DNA of 64,000 bases from Candidatus Helarchaeota archaeon (GTDB taxonomy: Archaea > Asgardarchaeota > Lokiarchaeia > Helarchaeales > RDOG01). Below, one piece after another: positions 40,127 to 50,266 of the stretch. The notes beneath the pieces are model-generated. The model was given only the letters and a program-made list of their open reading frames with translations, searched no databases and was not told where the DNA came from. Location: assembly GCA_019058315.1 (NCBI GenBank), contig JAHPZH010000004.1, forward strand, positions 224,001-288,000. The letters run 5' to 3'. The stretch's first letter is position 1; every line of letters begins with the position of its first letter. The position numbers and the translations under genes are program-made.

Positions 40127-40975
40127 CTAAAAACCATTTTTCTTTAAGAAATTAACAATAATTGGATTAATTTCATCCGAATGGGTTATGAGAACCATAT
40201 GTCCCGCTCCATTTATTAAATGTAACTCTGAATTTGGCATTAATTCATTCATGGTTTTTTGATCTTGAACCGGAGTGATTAAATCATTCTTACCTGCTAA
40301 TATTAATGTTGGTATTTTTATATTACATAAATCATCTTTGAGATTAAATTTCAGAATTTCTTTTAGCTCCCTGGTCATTGTATCACGGTCTAATAGTAAT
40401 AAGTCATGTAGCCACATTGAAACATTATCCTTTGGCTTCTTCCAATAAATTGCTAAAAGAGGAGCTACCCTTCGTATTAATCTTTTCTTTCCAAAAATTA
40501 GTAATGGAGAAAAACCTAGATTTATCGGTAACATTAAGGAACTCCAAAGGGTTTTAGATATTGGATTGTGAATAACCGAATAATTGCCTCCGATTAATAT
40601 TAAACATTTAATAAAAGGTTGGAATTCAGGGTCAAGATACAATTGCTGAATAATTCCTGCTCCAGCAGACCAACCCAATAACCCAATTGGCTTATTTTTC
40701 AAATTTAGATTCTTGAGGACGTCATCAAAATCTAATCTAATTTGTTCATAAGTGTATCCTATGTTTCTTTTCTCAGAATATCTACCATGGCCTGGAAAGT
40801 CGAAAATTGTTATTCTATAGCCATGATCTTTAATATAAGGTATACTTTCTGAAAACCAGACGGAACTAACACCCCATCCATGAATAAAAATTAAATTAAA
40901 ACCCTCTTCTGGTCCATATTGTTCATAAAATACTTTAATTCCATCTTTTAAATTAAAAAACGGCATTACTATCAT
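40127..40975 (-). CDS. Alpha/beta hydrolase
   Basis: FIHGW, DFPGHG, GWSAG, G.ND, GAGH. Confidence 0.9.
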   Translation of the reverse strand: MIVMPFFNLKDGIKVFYEQYGPEEGFNLIFIHGWGVSSVWFSESIPYIKDHGYRITIFDFPGHGRYSEKRNIGYTYEQIRLDFDDVLKNLNLKNKPIGLLGWSAGAGIIQQLYLDPEFQPFIKCLILIGGNYSVIHNPISKTLWSSLMLPINLGFSPLLIFGKKRLIRRVAPLLAIYWKKPKDNVSMWLHDLLLLDRDTMTRELKEILKFNLKDDLCNIKIPTLILAGKNDLITPVQDQKTMNELMPNSELHLINGAGHMVLITHSDEINPIIVNFLKKNGF

Positions 40976-41013
40976 TATTGACGAGAATATCTAGGTAATA
41001 CTAATGTATAACT

Positions 41014-41340
41014 ATGGTTTTATTCTGCATAATATCGATTAAAATGTTTAGGAAAATAATAAGATTTTTCGAAAAAACGGATTGGTATGGTATAGTTAAA
41101 GAATTAGAAAGTATTATCTTTAATACGAAAGCTACTAGACCAGCTAAAATATCTGATCCACACGCTTACCTAAAAAATTATAGTTTAGAAGTAATCAAGG
41201 GCATAGGTCCTAAAACTAAGACGAAATTAGAAAGTTTCGGGATAAATAATGCATACGATCTGATTAATTGTCAATCAATTCAAGGATTTTCTGAATCTAA
41301 AGTAAATACATGGAAGCAATGTGCATTAACTCTTGATTAA
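41014..41340 (+). CDS. Small helix-hairpin-helix domain protein
   Basis: LEVIKGIGPKTKTKLESFGINNAYDL. Confidence 0.7.
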   Translation: MVLFCIISIKMFRKIIRFFEKTDWYGIVKELESIIFNTKATRPAKISDPHAYLKNYSLEVIKGIGPKTKTKLESFGINNAYDLINCQSIQGFSESKVNTWKQCALTLD

Positions 41341-41494
41341 AAACTCTTTCTACATATTTTTGAGAGATCCAAAATTCATACTAAATTTTTTCCTTATAAT
41401 TTCCCAAAAACTTTTTTTATATTATTAAAAAAATAAGTAATTACTCCGTTTATTTAATTTAAATAATATTTACTCCATAAATGAGGATAAGAGA

Positions 41495-43420
41495 ATGTAT
41501 CAAAAATATTTACTTGGAGGAATTGGAAGTTTAATTTTTACGGCTACTTTTTTATTGGCGGGTACCATTGGCATGCTAGTTGGATCATTACCTGCTTTAG
41601 CGATTATAAATTTTATTATTGCTTCTATTAGTTTAATTTTTATAAGTCTTGGGTTTCGCGAATCTTATCAAATACACCAAATAAAAGATTTAGATACCCT
41701 TTACAAGTTTTTTTTGGTATTTGGAATTCTTTTTGGTCTTAATGCTTTTGCATCTTATATACCAATCATTGTTACTGGCATAATCTTAATAAAATTAAAA
41801 AAAATCATGAGATATCAAAATTTAAGTATAGCTACTGGATTGATAGCTTTAATTTGTGGATTTTTTAGTGCAATTGTTTTAATAGTCTTATCAGCTCTCC
41901 TTCCAAGTCATCATGGATTTACTTGTATTCAATTCCATTGGATAATTTGTGGATTCTCAGGAATTTTGATTGCAATCTTATTTTTTAAAGGATATGGAGA
42001 AGATTTTATCATAAAAGAAGGGGAAGAACTTCTCATTCATAAGGAAGAAATTGAAGAACCGCTAATTGAAGAATCGGGAATTTCATTCACCTATAAAGGC
42101 CAGCAAATTGTCTATATAATAATTATTTTGATCTTAATAGTTTTAGATATTGCTTTTATTATAGATATACTTAACCCAATCTATAGGAATAGTGTTGAAT
42201 GGAGAAATTTCTGGGGTGTATGTATTGTAATTTTTTCATTAACTATAATTTTTACAATTTTACTCATTAGAGCTTCAAAGAAATTAAGGGAGGAAGGATC
42301 GGTTCGGGATTACCTTATAGCAGCAAGTAGAAGAAAGAAGGGTGCTATAGAGGCAAATAAAAAAGGAAAAACTGAAAGAGCGATTATAAGGTTGAATAAA
42401 TCAATCGAATTCTTAGAAAAAGGGAAGATCGAAGCAAATAAATATAATCCATCGTTAATTCCGAAAATTGATGATGAAATTGAGATAATACAATCTTATA
42501 TATCCAATTTTTCTACAGAAACTATAATTTCTACCGAAATAAGGACTCCTACTGAAAAAATAACTCCCCCTATTGAAGCAGATTCAAGAAGGTATGTTGT
42601 GAAAAAAGATATTATTCTTAAACGTGGAGGCGAAATTCAAGGAGGAAAATATATTTTTAAAATAAAAGTCGAAAATAATTCCAGTTTTAACATCACAGAT
42701 TTAAATTTTCAAATTATTTCTTATCCTAGAGATAGTATTAATCTAATTGGGGACAAATTTCGCGAGATTTCAAAATTAAATGCCGGAGGGCTTGTTAGTC
42801 CGACTTTTGAGTTTCAACCTACAAGTGATTGTATTGTAGGAACTATTCATTCTACCGTTTCCTATATAGATCATTCAAATAATTTACATACTGAAAAAGT
42901 TCAGCCTCATGAGATTTCCATAGTCTGTGGTCTATTACAACCACGAAAAATTGATGTTAATGAATTCATAAAAGTTTGTCAGGAATTATTAGATTATGAA
43001 AAAGTAGGAGAGGAGATAAAAATACCCTATAATTCAAAATTGATATTTGAAAAATTGAAAGTGCTTTTACCTGACCAAAACTTCATGTTCGTTACAAATC
43101 CTGAATCAAAATTAATAGGAGATACATTTTTTGGAGAAATTAATGGATTTGCGGAAGGTAAATTCAATAAAAAGTGTGTAGGTTTAAAAATAACCATTAC
43201 AGGAAATACAAATCAAAATTCTAGCATAGGAATGATTGAAGTTTTTGCTCAAGATAGATCAATGCTCCCTTCACTAATTTCAGAATTGAGTGAAAGAATA
43301 ATATATTGGTACTGTAAACGATGTAAGGGGCCTTTAGAAATGGAAGATGTTGAAAAATTATTAAGAAATGAATTAATTAAATGTAGATATTGTGATCATG
43401 TGATGAGTAAATTATTATAA
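41495..43420 (+). CDS. Multi-pass membrane protein with cytoplasmic MIT-like bundle, adaptin/COP appendage-like region and C-terminal Zn ribbon
   Basis: About 7-8 hydrophobic helices, then a helical bundle, a beta-rich FKIKVENNS...VSY region, a LQPRKIDVNEF linker and CKRC...CRYC. Confidence 0.7.
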   Translation: MYQKYLLGGIGSLIFTATFLLAGTIGMLVGSLPALAIINFIIASISLIFISLGFRESYQIHQIKDLDTLYKFFLVFGILFGLNAFASYIPIIVTGIILIKLKKIMRYQNLSIATGLIALICGFFSAIVLIVLSALLPSHHGFTCIQFHWIICGFSGILIAILFFKGYGEDFIIKEGEELLIHKEEIEEPLIEESGISFTYKGQQIVYIIIILILIVLDIAFIIDILNPIYRNSVEWRNFWGVCIVIFSLTIIFTILLIRASKKLREEGSVRDYLIAASRRKKGAIEANKKGKTERAIIRLNKSIEFLEKGKIEANKYNPSLIPKIDDEIEIIQSYISNFSTETIISTEIRTPTEKITPPIEADSRRYVVKKDIILKRGGEIQGGKYIFKIKVENNSSFNITDLNFQIISYPRDSINLIGDKFREISKLNAGGLVSPTFEFQPTSDCIVGTIHSTVSYIDHSNNLHTEKVQPHEISIVCGLLQPRKIDVNEFIKVCQELLDYEKVGEEIKIPYNSKLIFEKLKVLLPDQNFMFVTNPESKLIGDTFFGEINGFAEGKFNKKCVGLKITITGNTNQNSSIGMIEVFAQDRSMLPSLISELSERIIYWYCKRCKGPLEMEDVEKLLRNELIKCRYCDHVMSKLL

Positions 43421-43423
43421 ATG

Positions 43424-44725
43424 TTAAAAATCAATTTTTTTTCCATCATATGTATATTCAAATATTTTTTTACAAGCTTCTAAATCATAATCTGGTCTTG
43501 GAGAAAACCAGCTTGCACCATCGTTGAATGCGGTTTCAGCCAATAACTCTAATTTTTCTTTAAATTCTTTTTCATCAATTCCCCAATCTTTTATTGTAAG
43601 TGGAGTGTCTAACTTTCTCATTAATTCTTGATATTTCTTAACTAGTTTATCAAGATATTCTTCATTACTTGAAGCTTGAATACCCAAATCTTTAGCTAAA
43701 TCAAGATATCGGTCCGATGTTTTAGCTACATATTGTAAACAATAGGGGATAAAAATCCCACAACCAAGTCCGTGATGTGTTTTAAATATTAATTCCATTG
43801 TATGGGCAAAAGCATGATCAAGCGCAGGAGCTGAATTTGACGTTGCAAACGCAGCCATATTTGATGCAATATGCATATAATATTTAGCATCCAAATCTTC
43901 AGGATCTATATATGATCTTTCGAAATATTCAAATATTAATTTTATAGCTTTTAAAGCAAATGCTTCCGTATAAGGAGTGCACCAATGCGAAATATATGCA
44001 TTAGTGGCGTGACTTAATGCGTCAAAACCACTACCTTTAACCAATTTTGGTGGCATTGTTTGAACCATGCTTGTTTCCAAAATTGTGACATGTGGTATGG
44101 TTTCCATTGATATAATAGATACCTTTCTAGGTGGGGTGAACGATGTATCTGTAAGCACAGTTGCAGTTGTTGCTTCTGAGCCCGAACCGGACGAAGTTGG
44201 AATTGCAACAAACTTAACCTTGTGTAAATTTATAGGTACTAAAGGTTGTACATCATAAAGATCAAGATCTGGTCTCTCAAATAAAATCCAAATTCCTTTT
44301 GCTATATCTAAAACTGAGCCCCCACCAACAGCTATGATTAAATCCGCATCAAATTCGTTTAAAGCTTCAACACCTTTTTTGATGTTTTCTATTGGTAGAA
44401 CTGGTTCGATATTATTCCAAATTTTATATTCAAATTTAGCTCTTTTAAGCACCTTTTCTACTGGACCGCATAACGTTATTGTATGCTTTCCTGTTACTAT
44501 AAATGCTCTCTTCTTATTTGATAATACATTTAATAAGGTCCTAAATTGATCTTTTATTATTTTATCACCGAAAAAAGTCATGTTTCCTATGAAATAACTC
44601 ATGTTTCTTCTCGCTTTTTTAGTGCCCAAGGATTGTATAAGACCTCTTGCTACGGGATCTTCAAAATAGTACTTTTTTTTAGCCAATTTTTTCACTATCC
44701 CATTATTAATATAAAAAATAATCAA
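43424..44725 (-). CDS. Iron-containing alcohol dehydrogenase
   Basis: AVGGGSVLDIAK, IPTSSGSGSEAT, DALSH, HAFAH, HGL. Confidence 0.92.
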   Translation of the reverse strand: MIIFYINNGIVKKLAKKKYYFEDPVARGLIQSLGTKKARRNMSYFIGNMTFFGDKIIKDQFRTLLNVLSNKKRAFIVTGKHTITLCGPVEKVLKRAKFEYKIWNNIEPVLPIENIKKGVEALNEFDADLIIAVGGGSVLDIAKGIWILFERPDLDLYDVQPLVPINLHKVKFVAIPTSSGSGSEATTATVLTDTSFTPPRKVSIISMETIPHVTILETSMVQTMPPKLVKGSGFDALSHATNAYISHWCTPYTEAFALKAIKLIFEYFERSYIDPEDLDAKYYMHIASNMAAFATSNSAPALDHAFAHTMELIFKTHHGLGCGIFIPYCLQYVAKTSDRYLDLAKDLGIQASSNEEYLDKLVKKYQELMRKLDTPLTIKDWGIDEKEFKEKLELLAETAFNDGASWFSPRPDYDLEACKKIFEYTYDGKKIDF

Positions 44726-44772
44726 ATAAAACGGAATTTAAAGTTTAGTCAAGTTATGATTAAACCAAAGTT

Positions 44773-45690
44773 TTAATCTTCAAAATAAAATCCCATAAGA
44801 ATTTCAAATACCCTATTCGCAAGTTCGGGTAATTTCTCTAAAATTAATTTTTCAGTTCTGGAATTTCTAGAATATGCCATGATATAGTATTCTTCATCTT
44901 CGTAATTGAATTTTTGAAAATACCCTCTTCCCCCTTTTAATTCAATTTGTAGTTTTTCTGGTGGATTTCCTTGAGCAGCTTGTTTAGCCCAAGTACCAAC
45001 GAATTGTTGAAATCCTTCATCAGTAATTTTAAGATTTTCTTCGTTGCTAGCGTGTATATCAAGAATTAAAAAATTTGTATCAACGAGAATAACCCCAGAA
45101 GAGAAGGTGGCTCTTGCAAACTCTTTTAATATTTTATTAAGCACATCTTCTATCTTTCTAATCTTTCTAAAAGCTCCTGAAAATGAGAATATAATTGACC
45201 AATAATCATTAATAGAAGTTTCAAAATATTGAGCTTTTTTTATCGCATCAAAATTTTCTTTAATCTTTTTTACCCTAGAACGAATTCTGGGATCACTTTT
45301 AATCTCTGGATCCATTTTATGAATAAAAATAAAAATTTTATCTGGATCTATAGATTGAATTTCGGGTAAATTAAATAAATTCTTATAATATTCAATAGAA
45401 CTATCCAAATTCTCCATATCTTGAGCATCAACGAAATATAACATTAAGTCTATTTGGCTCAAATATCTATCTGGGTTTTTAAGATAATCCTCTCGATAAA
45501 TTTGTTGTCCACCATAATCGTAAATATAAAGATCAGAACCTAAAATTCTAATCTTGTTTCTATCAACTCCAACAGTGGCTCTAATATCATAAAGAGCCCT
45601 AAATTCTTGTTGTAAGGCTTCTAAATACGAAGTTTTTCCAGCTGCAGCTAGACCCAGCAGAGCGATTTTGCTTGCTTCTTTTGTGGACAT
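44773..45690 (-). CDS. Rag/Arf-like small GTPase with C-terminal roadblock/longin-like domain
   Basis: G1 GLAAAGKTS, G2 AT, G3 DYGGQ, G4 HKMD, G5 TSI; about 120-aa alpha/beta C-terminal domain. Confidence 0.88.
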   Translation of the reverse strand: MSTKEASKIALLGLAAAGKTSYLEALQQEFRALYDIRATVGVDRNKIRILGSDLYIYDYGGQQIYREDYLKNPDRYLSQIDLMLYFVDAQDMENLDSSIEYYKNLFNLPEIQSIDPDKIFIFIHKMDPEIKSDPRIRSRVKKIKENFDAIKKAQYFETSINDYWSIIFSFSGAFRKIRKIEDVLNKILKEFARATFSSGVILVDTNFLILDIHASNEENLKITDEGFQQFVGTWAKQAAQGNPPEKLQIELKGGRGYFQKFNYEDEEYYIMAYSRNSRTEKLILEKLPELANRVFEILMGFYFED

Positions 45691-45840
45691 TATAAAAATC
45701 TCATAAAAATTATGTTAAGATTAATATTATTTCATTTGAAAAAAAGTTGATGGAACTAAGGATAAATATAAAAATCGATAAAAATACAATAATTTATATT
45801 AAATTTAATAAAAAACAATTATTAATGAGTTAGAACGAAA

Positions 45841-46608
45841 ATGGGATTAATTTATTCAATTGAATTTGCTCTAAACCAATTAACGGGGTACTATTCCACT
45901 AAAGATCCATCAGGATTACTTACTCCCATTCTAGCATTTTCAATTTTAGGAGTAACCGCTTTAAGTATAGTAAATTTATTTAAAAAATATAAAGAAACTC
46001 ATGAACAATCAACATTGTCATGGGCATTATCATTATTGTTTGTAGAATTAGCTTTAACATTTATAATCATGGAAAATATTAGCTATACTATTTTAGGTCA
46101 ACCTGATTTTGGCAGAATAATGTCAGTATCGGCAATTAGTTGTATTATTTGTGGAGTTATTACTCTTGATAACTTTGCATTAAGTATGACATACCCAAAG
46201 TATAAGAATAAATTAATATTAATTGTGGCAATTTTAGGAATAATATCCATTCTATTAATAATTTATGCAAATATATTAGGACCTCCTTACGCAGAAGTTC
46301 GGGGTTTTGTATTAATATATGACCTTAATATTAGCTATTTTATTCTTGCATATGTTATACCTAATTTTTTCGTTGGTCCAATAATTTTCTTCTATTTCGC
46401 TTCAAAGATCCGTGAAGAAAATAGACCAAAATCCAATCTATCTTTATGGATGGGAACAGGATTAACTTGCTTTGGATTAGGTTATGTTTTAACATTTATT
46501 CCAATTATAGCGATATCTTTATCATTTTTCTTAGCAACTACTATAATAATGTACATCTGCTTTTCTATGCCTGAATGGTTCAAAAATAAGATCGGTTGGG
46601 TTACTTAA
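45841..46608 (+). CDS. 7TM membrane protein, family A copy 1
   Basis: Seven hydrophobic helices; C-terminal PEWFK amphipathic tail. Confidence 0.85.
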   Translation: MGLIYSIEFALNQLTGYYSTKDPSGLLTPILAFSILGVTALSIVNLFKKYKETHEQSTLSWALSLLFVELALTFIIMENISYTILGQPDFGRIMSVSAISCIICGVITLDNFALSMTYPKYKNKLILIVAILGIISILLIIYANILGPPYAEVRGFVLIYDLNISYFILAYVIPNFFVGPIIFFYFASKIREENRPKSNLSLWMGTGLTCFGLGYVLTFIPIIAISLSFFLATTIIMYICFSMPEWFKNKIGWVT

Positions 46609-46788
46609 ATCGGAGCTTTAAAATAAAATTCATTCTTTGACAATTTTATTCAACAAAATTATGATAAATCTAATATTTCATTTAAAAAAAGTCGATTTTA
46701 ATAAAAGTATATATAATAAAATCGATATCTATAAGATATTCCATATTAAATTTAATAAGAAATAATCTAGTAATGGACAAGATAGATA

Positions 46789-47556
46789 ATGGGAATAATT
46801 TATTCTATAGAATTTTTTTTCAACCAACTAACGGGGTATGTTTACAATCGTGATCCGTCATTTTTCTTAGTTCCTTATCTTGCTTTAGCAATATTAGGAG
46901 TAACCGCTTTAAGTATAGTAAAACTATTTAAAAAATATCAAGTAACTCATGAACAATCAACTCTATCATGGGCATTTTCGTTATTATTTATAGAATTTAC
47001 TCTAATATTTTTAATTTTAGAAAATATTAGCTATACTACTCTAGGTCAACCCGATTTTGGCAGATTAATGTCAACAATGGCATTTACTTGTGTTATTTGT
47101 GGAATTATTACTCTTGATAACTTTGCATTAAGTATGACCTACCCAAAACAAAAGAATAAATTATTAATAATAGTGGCGATTTTAGGAATAATATCCCTCC
47201 TATTAGTAATTTTTGCAAATATATCAGGACCTCCATATGCAGAAGTTCAAGGATTTGTATTAAAACTTGATATTTATATTACTATTTTTGTTTTTGCATT
47301 TATTATACCGAACTTTTTCGTTGGTCCAATAATCTTCTACTATTTCGCTTTAATGATTCGAGAAGAAAATAGACCAAAATCCAATCTATCTTTATGGATG
47401 GGAATAGGATTAACTTGCTTTGGATTAGGCTACGTTTTAACATATATTCCAATCTTAGCAATAGCTTTTTCATTTTTCTTAGCAACTACTATAATAATGT
47501 ATATCTGCTTTAATATACCTGGATGGTTCAAAAATAGGATCGGTTGGGATTCCTAG
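46789..47556 (+). CDS. 7TM membrane protein, family A copy 2 (tandem paralog)
   Basis: Same length (255 aa) and colinear with 45841-46608. Confidence 0.85.
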   Translation: MGIIYSIEFFFNQLTGYVYNRDPSFFLVPYLALAILGVTALSIVKLFKKYQVTHEQSTLSWAFSLLFIEFTLIFLILENISYTTLGQPDFGRLMSTMAFTCVICGIITLDNFALSMTYPKQKNKLLIIVAILGIISLLLVIFANISGPPYAEVQGFVLKLDIYITIFVFAFIIPNFFVGPIIFYYFALMIREENRPKSNLSLWMGIGLTCFGLGYVLTYIPILAIAFSFFLATTIIMYICFNIPGWFKNRIGWDS

Positions 47557-47568
47557 TTAGCGGGGGAC

Positions 47569-48783
47569 TTAACTTAATTTCTCTATTTTTTTATAAATAT
47601 CATCAATTTCTTTTTTTATTAGCTGGTAATCACCTAATTTAAGCCCTTTAATGTTTAATTTTACTTTTAATAATTCGATTTTTTTAATATATCCCTCAAT
47701 TTTTCGTTTTTTACGAAGTTGGATGAATTCTTTTATTCCTTTTTCCCCTTTTTTGATTAATTCCCGCTCTTCATCATTTAAAATATGTTGGTCTATATAT
47801 AAATTCTTTAATTTAGTGAGATTCTCCAAACCCTCTATCTCTTTAATTGGGTTACCATAAAGAATTAATTCTTCTAATTGGTGAAGATTTTCTAAACCTT
47901 CAATTTTTGAAATCTTATTCTGATAGATAGACAAAAACTTCAATTTGGAAAGGTGTGCTAAACCTTCAATTTTTGAAATTTGGTTGCTATAAAGTGCTAA
48001 CCATTCCAATTGTAAGAGATTTTCTAATCCTTCTATTTTTTTAATTTTATTTTGGCCAATACTTAAATCTATTAAATGTGAAATTGCATCCAAATTCTCA
48101 AGTTTCGAGATTTTACAAAAAGAGAGCTCTAATTGTAGCAATTTTTTAAGATCCTCTAATCCTTCTATCTTTGTTATATTGTGTGTTCCTAAGTATAGCA
48201 CCTCTAATTGTGGAATAATATCAAATCCCTCTATTTTTTTAAATTGATTTGCGACTAGATATAAATTTTTTAATTTAGATAGTCCCTCCAACCCTTCTGT
48301 AGTTTTGATTTCATTATGGCTAATCTCAATTTGCATTAATTCTGATAAATTTTCAAATCCCTCAAATTTTTTTATTTGATTATTATAAAGAGCTATTTTT
48401 TTTAGTGTAGTAAGATTGTTTAAACCTTCTATCTTGGAGATGTTGTTTTCATGTAACCTTAATTCTTCTAATTTTGATAGATTGTCCAACCCTTCTATTT
48501 TCTTTATTTGATTATAACCAAGGTTTAATATACGTAATTTTGATAAAGAGTTTAAATTATCTATTTTTAAAATTTTATTACGATGAAATTCTAATTTTTC
48601 TACTTGTACAAATTTTTTTATTTCCGTAGGGATTTTGTTTAACCCTCTATCATTTAATTTTAATTTAATTACATGCCCCTCTTTATTAACCTCAAAATCT
48701 GAACTATATAATTTAAATTTGCTATCTAAATTCTTTATAGCGTCTCTTTCCTCCATACTTTTAATGATTCCAATATCATTCAT
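47569..48783 (-). CDS. SDS22-like leucine-rich repeat protein
   Basis: 22-aa repeats such as NQIKKIEGLDNLSKLEELRL. ATG 48783 preferred. Confidence 0.9.
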   Translation of the reverse strand: MNDIGIIKSMEERDAIKNLDSKFKLYSSDFEVNKEGHVIKLKLNDRGLNKIPTEIKKFVQVEKLEFHRNKILKIDNLNSLSKLRILNLGYNQIKKIEGLDNLSKLEELRLHENNISKIEGLNNLTTLKKIALYNNQIKKFEGFENLSELMQIEISHNEIKTTEGLEGLSKLKNLYLVANQFKKIEGFDIIPQLEVLYLGTHNITKIEGLEDLKKLLQLELSFCKISKLENLDAISHLIDLSIGQNKIKKIEGLENLLQLEWLALYSNQISKIEGLAHLSKLKFLSIYQNKISKIEGLENLHQLEELILYGNPIKEIEGLENLTKLKNLYIDQHILNDEERELIKKGEKGIKEFIQLRKKRKIEGYIKKIELLKVKLNIKGLKLGDYQLIKKEIDDIYKKIEKLS

Positions 48784-49091
48784 TAAAAATACCAATAATT
48801 GCAATTATTTTATACTTTTTTATTTGGACATTAATGATATAGTAAATAATATTTATAATAAATTCAATTGATTGGGATAAATGGAGTAATAAAGTGGATA
48901 TCAATGAGATATAATTTAAATTTTTCATAGACTCGCAAAAAAATCAGAAAATTGTCACGAATTTCGTATAGAAATCCTTTTATATAGCTCAAGACATAAA
49001 TTTTTAACGATATACAACCTTAATAGGGAAATTTAATGAAAAAATAGATCTAATCAAATTGGACCTAATTAGGGAAATCGGAGCTAAAATT

Positions 49092-49169
49092 GTGAGCCTT
49101 ACCCTCGTTTCTCATAATTTAACCCCCCCTCTCCCTATATTCCCTATTTTTTCCGAGGGTGGGGCTCAT
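49092..49169 (+). other. GC-rich 16-bp stem; candidate structured RNA or miniature element
   Basis: GTGAGCCTTACCCTCG pairs with CGAGGGTGGGGCTCAT, using G-U pairs on the + strand. Confidence 0.45.
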
Positions 49170-49181
49170 CAAAATTATAAT

Positions 49182-50114
49182 TTAACCTTGATAAATAGCA
49201 TAAGTTGTAGAAAAATCCCTTTTTTTTAATGCATCCCTTTGAATGAAGACGAAAATTCGCCCCACATCGCCCCATTCCATTTGAGTTTTGTGATCTGAAT
49301 CAATTTGAAACAACTGTCTCCACTTAATACTCTCCTTGTCTATTCTTGCTTTTTCTGATTCATCTAGATTGGTGTATTTTTCACCACTATGTATCTCTTT
49401 CCAAGGAGTTCCCTCAAGACGTAATTGGCAATCTATCTCCATATTATTATCTATTCCATCAGAATATCCAAGCAATCTATGCGTTATAAACATAGGGAGC
49501 CTTCTCATTTTATCTTCTTTTCGATTGTAAAATTTCGAAATTTCACTATATAAACTAATATATAAGTCTTCTTCTTTATCTTTTAGTTCGAGATCTTTTA
49601 AAATTATTGAACGATATCTAGGAAGATCCTTTTCTTTTGAAAATTTGACTGCACATGCTTTGAAAATACCCGCATCCCAAAGATCCTCACGAATATCAAC
49701 TAGTTGTTTGGGAGGTGAGATGCGAGAGAGCTGGGAAGAATCCCCATCAAAATATAAAACCTCTGAGACTTCATTATAATTTTCGTCATAAACACAATCA
49801 TGAACAATGAATCTAATAGTGTCATAAAAAAAATAAAGCATACCAGAAGGTGGAAAGACTTTTTCTTCATCATACTTGGAAAGCTCATATAAATTAAATT
49901 GAGCGATAAAGGAAAGAGGGAGATCCTCATTTTTTGGCCAATCCAAGTCCTTGGGTAGATCAGGAGATCCTCCTATTTTTGATGCACCGATTCTAATTTT
50001 CTCTTCAGGAACTATTTCTGTCCTAACTCTTATAGAATCTCCTAATAAAGGTAGAATCCTATCCTTTATACTTGAAAATTTTCCAGAGTTAATTAATTTA
50101 ATAATTTCGGACAT
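49182..50114 (-). CDS. YwqG/DUF1963 family protein
   Basis: GASKIGGSPDLP...WP...PLSFIAQFNL, GMLYFFY, HRLLGY, LFQIDSD...MEWGDVG. Confidence 0.88.
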   Translation of the reverse strand: MSEIIKLINSGKFSSIKDRILPLLGDSIRVRTEIVPEEKIRIGASKIGGSPDLPKDLDWPKNEDLPLSFIAQFNLYELSKYDEEKVFPPSGMLYFFYDTIRFIVHDCVYDENYNEVSEVLYFDGDSSQLSRISPPKQLVDIREDLWDAGIFKACAVKFSKEKDLPRYRSIILKDLELKDKEEDLYISLYSEISKFYNRKEDKMRRLPMFITHRLLGYSDGIDNNMEIDCQLRLEGTPWKEIHSGEKYTNLDESEKARIDKESIKWRQLFQIDSDHKTQMEWGDVGRIFVFIQRDALKKRDFSTTYAIYQG

Positions 50115-50266
50115 TTATGCAATCTTCTTTGGCCATTTCTTTCTATAATCTATAAAAATTGAAAATTTTTATTTCAGATTAAAATGAGCATATTGACAAT
50201 ATTAATATGTTTTTTATTGATAACAGCATTAATAAGAACAAAATGAGAGATTAATGAAAATTAGAG

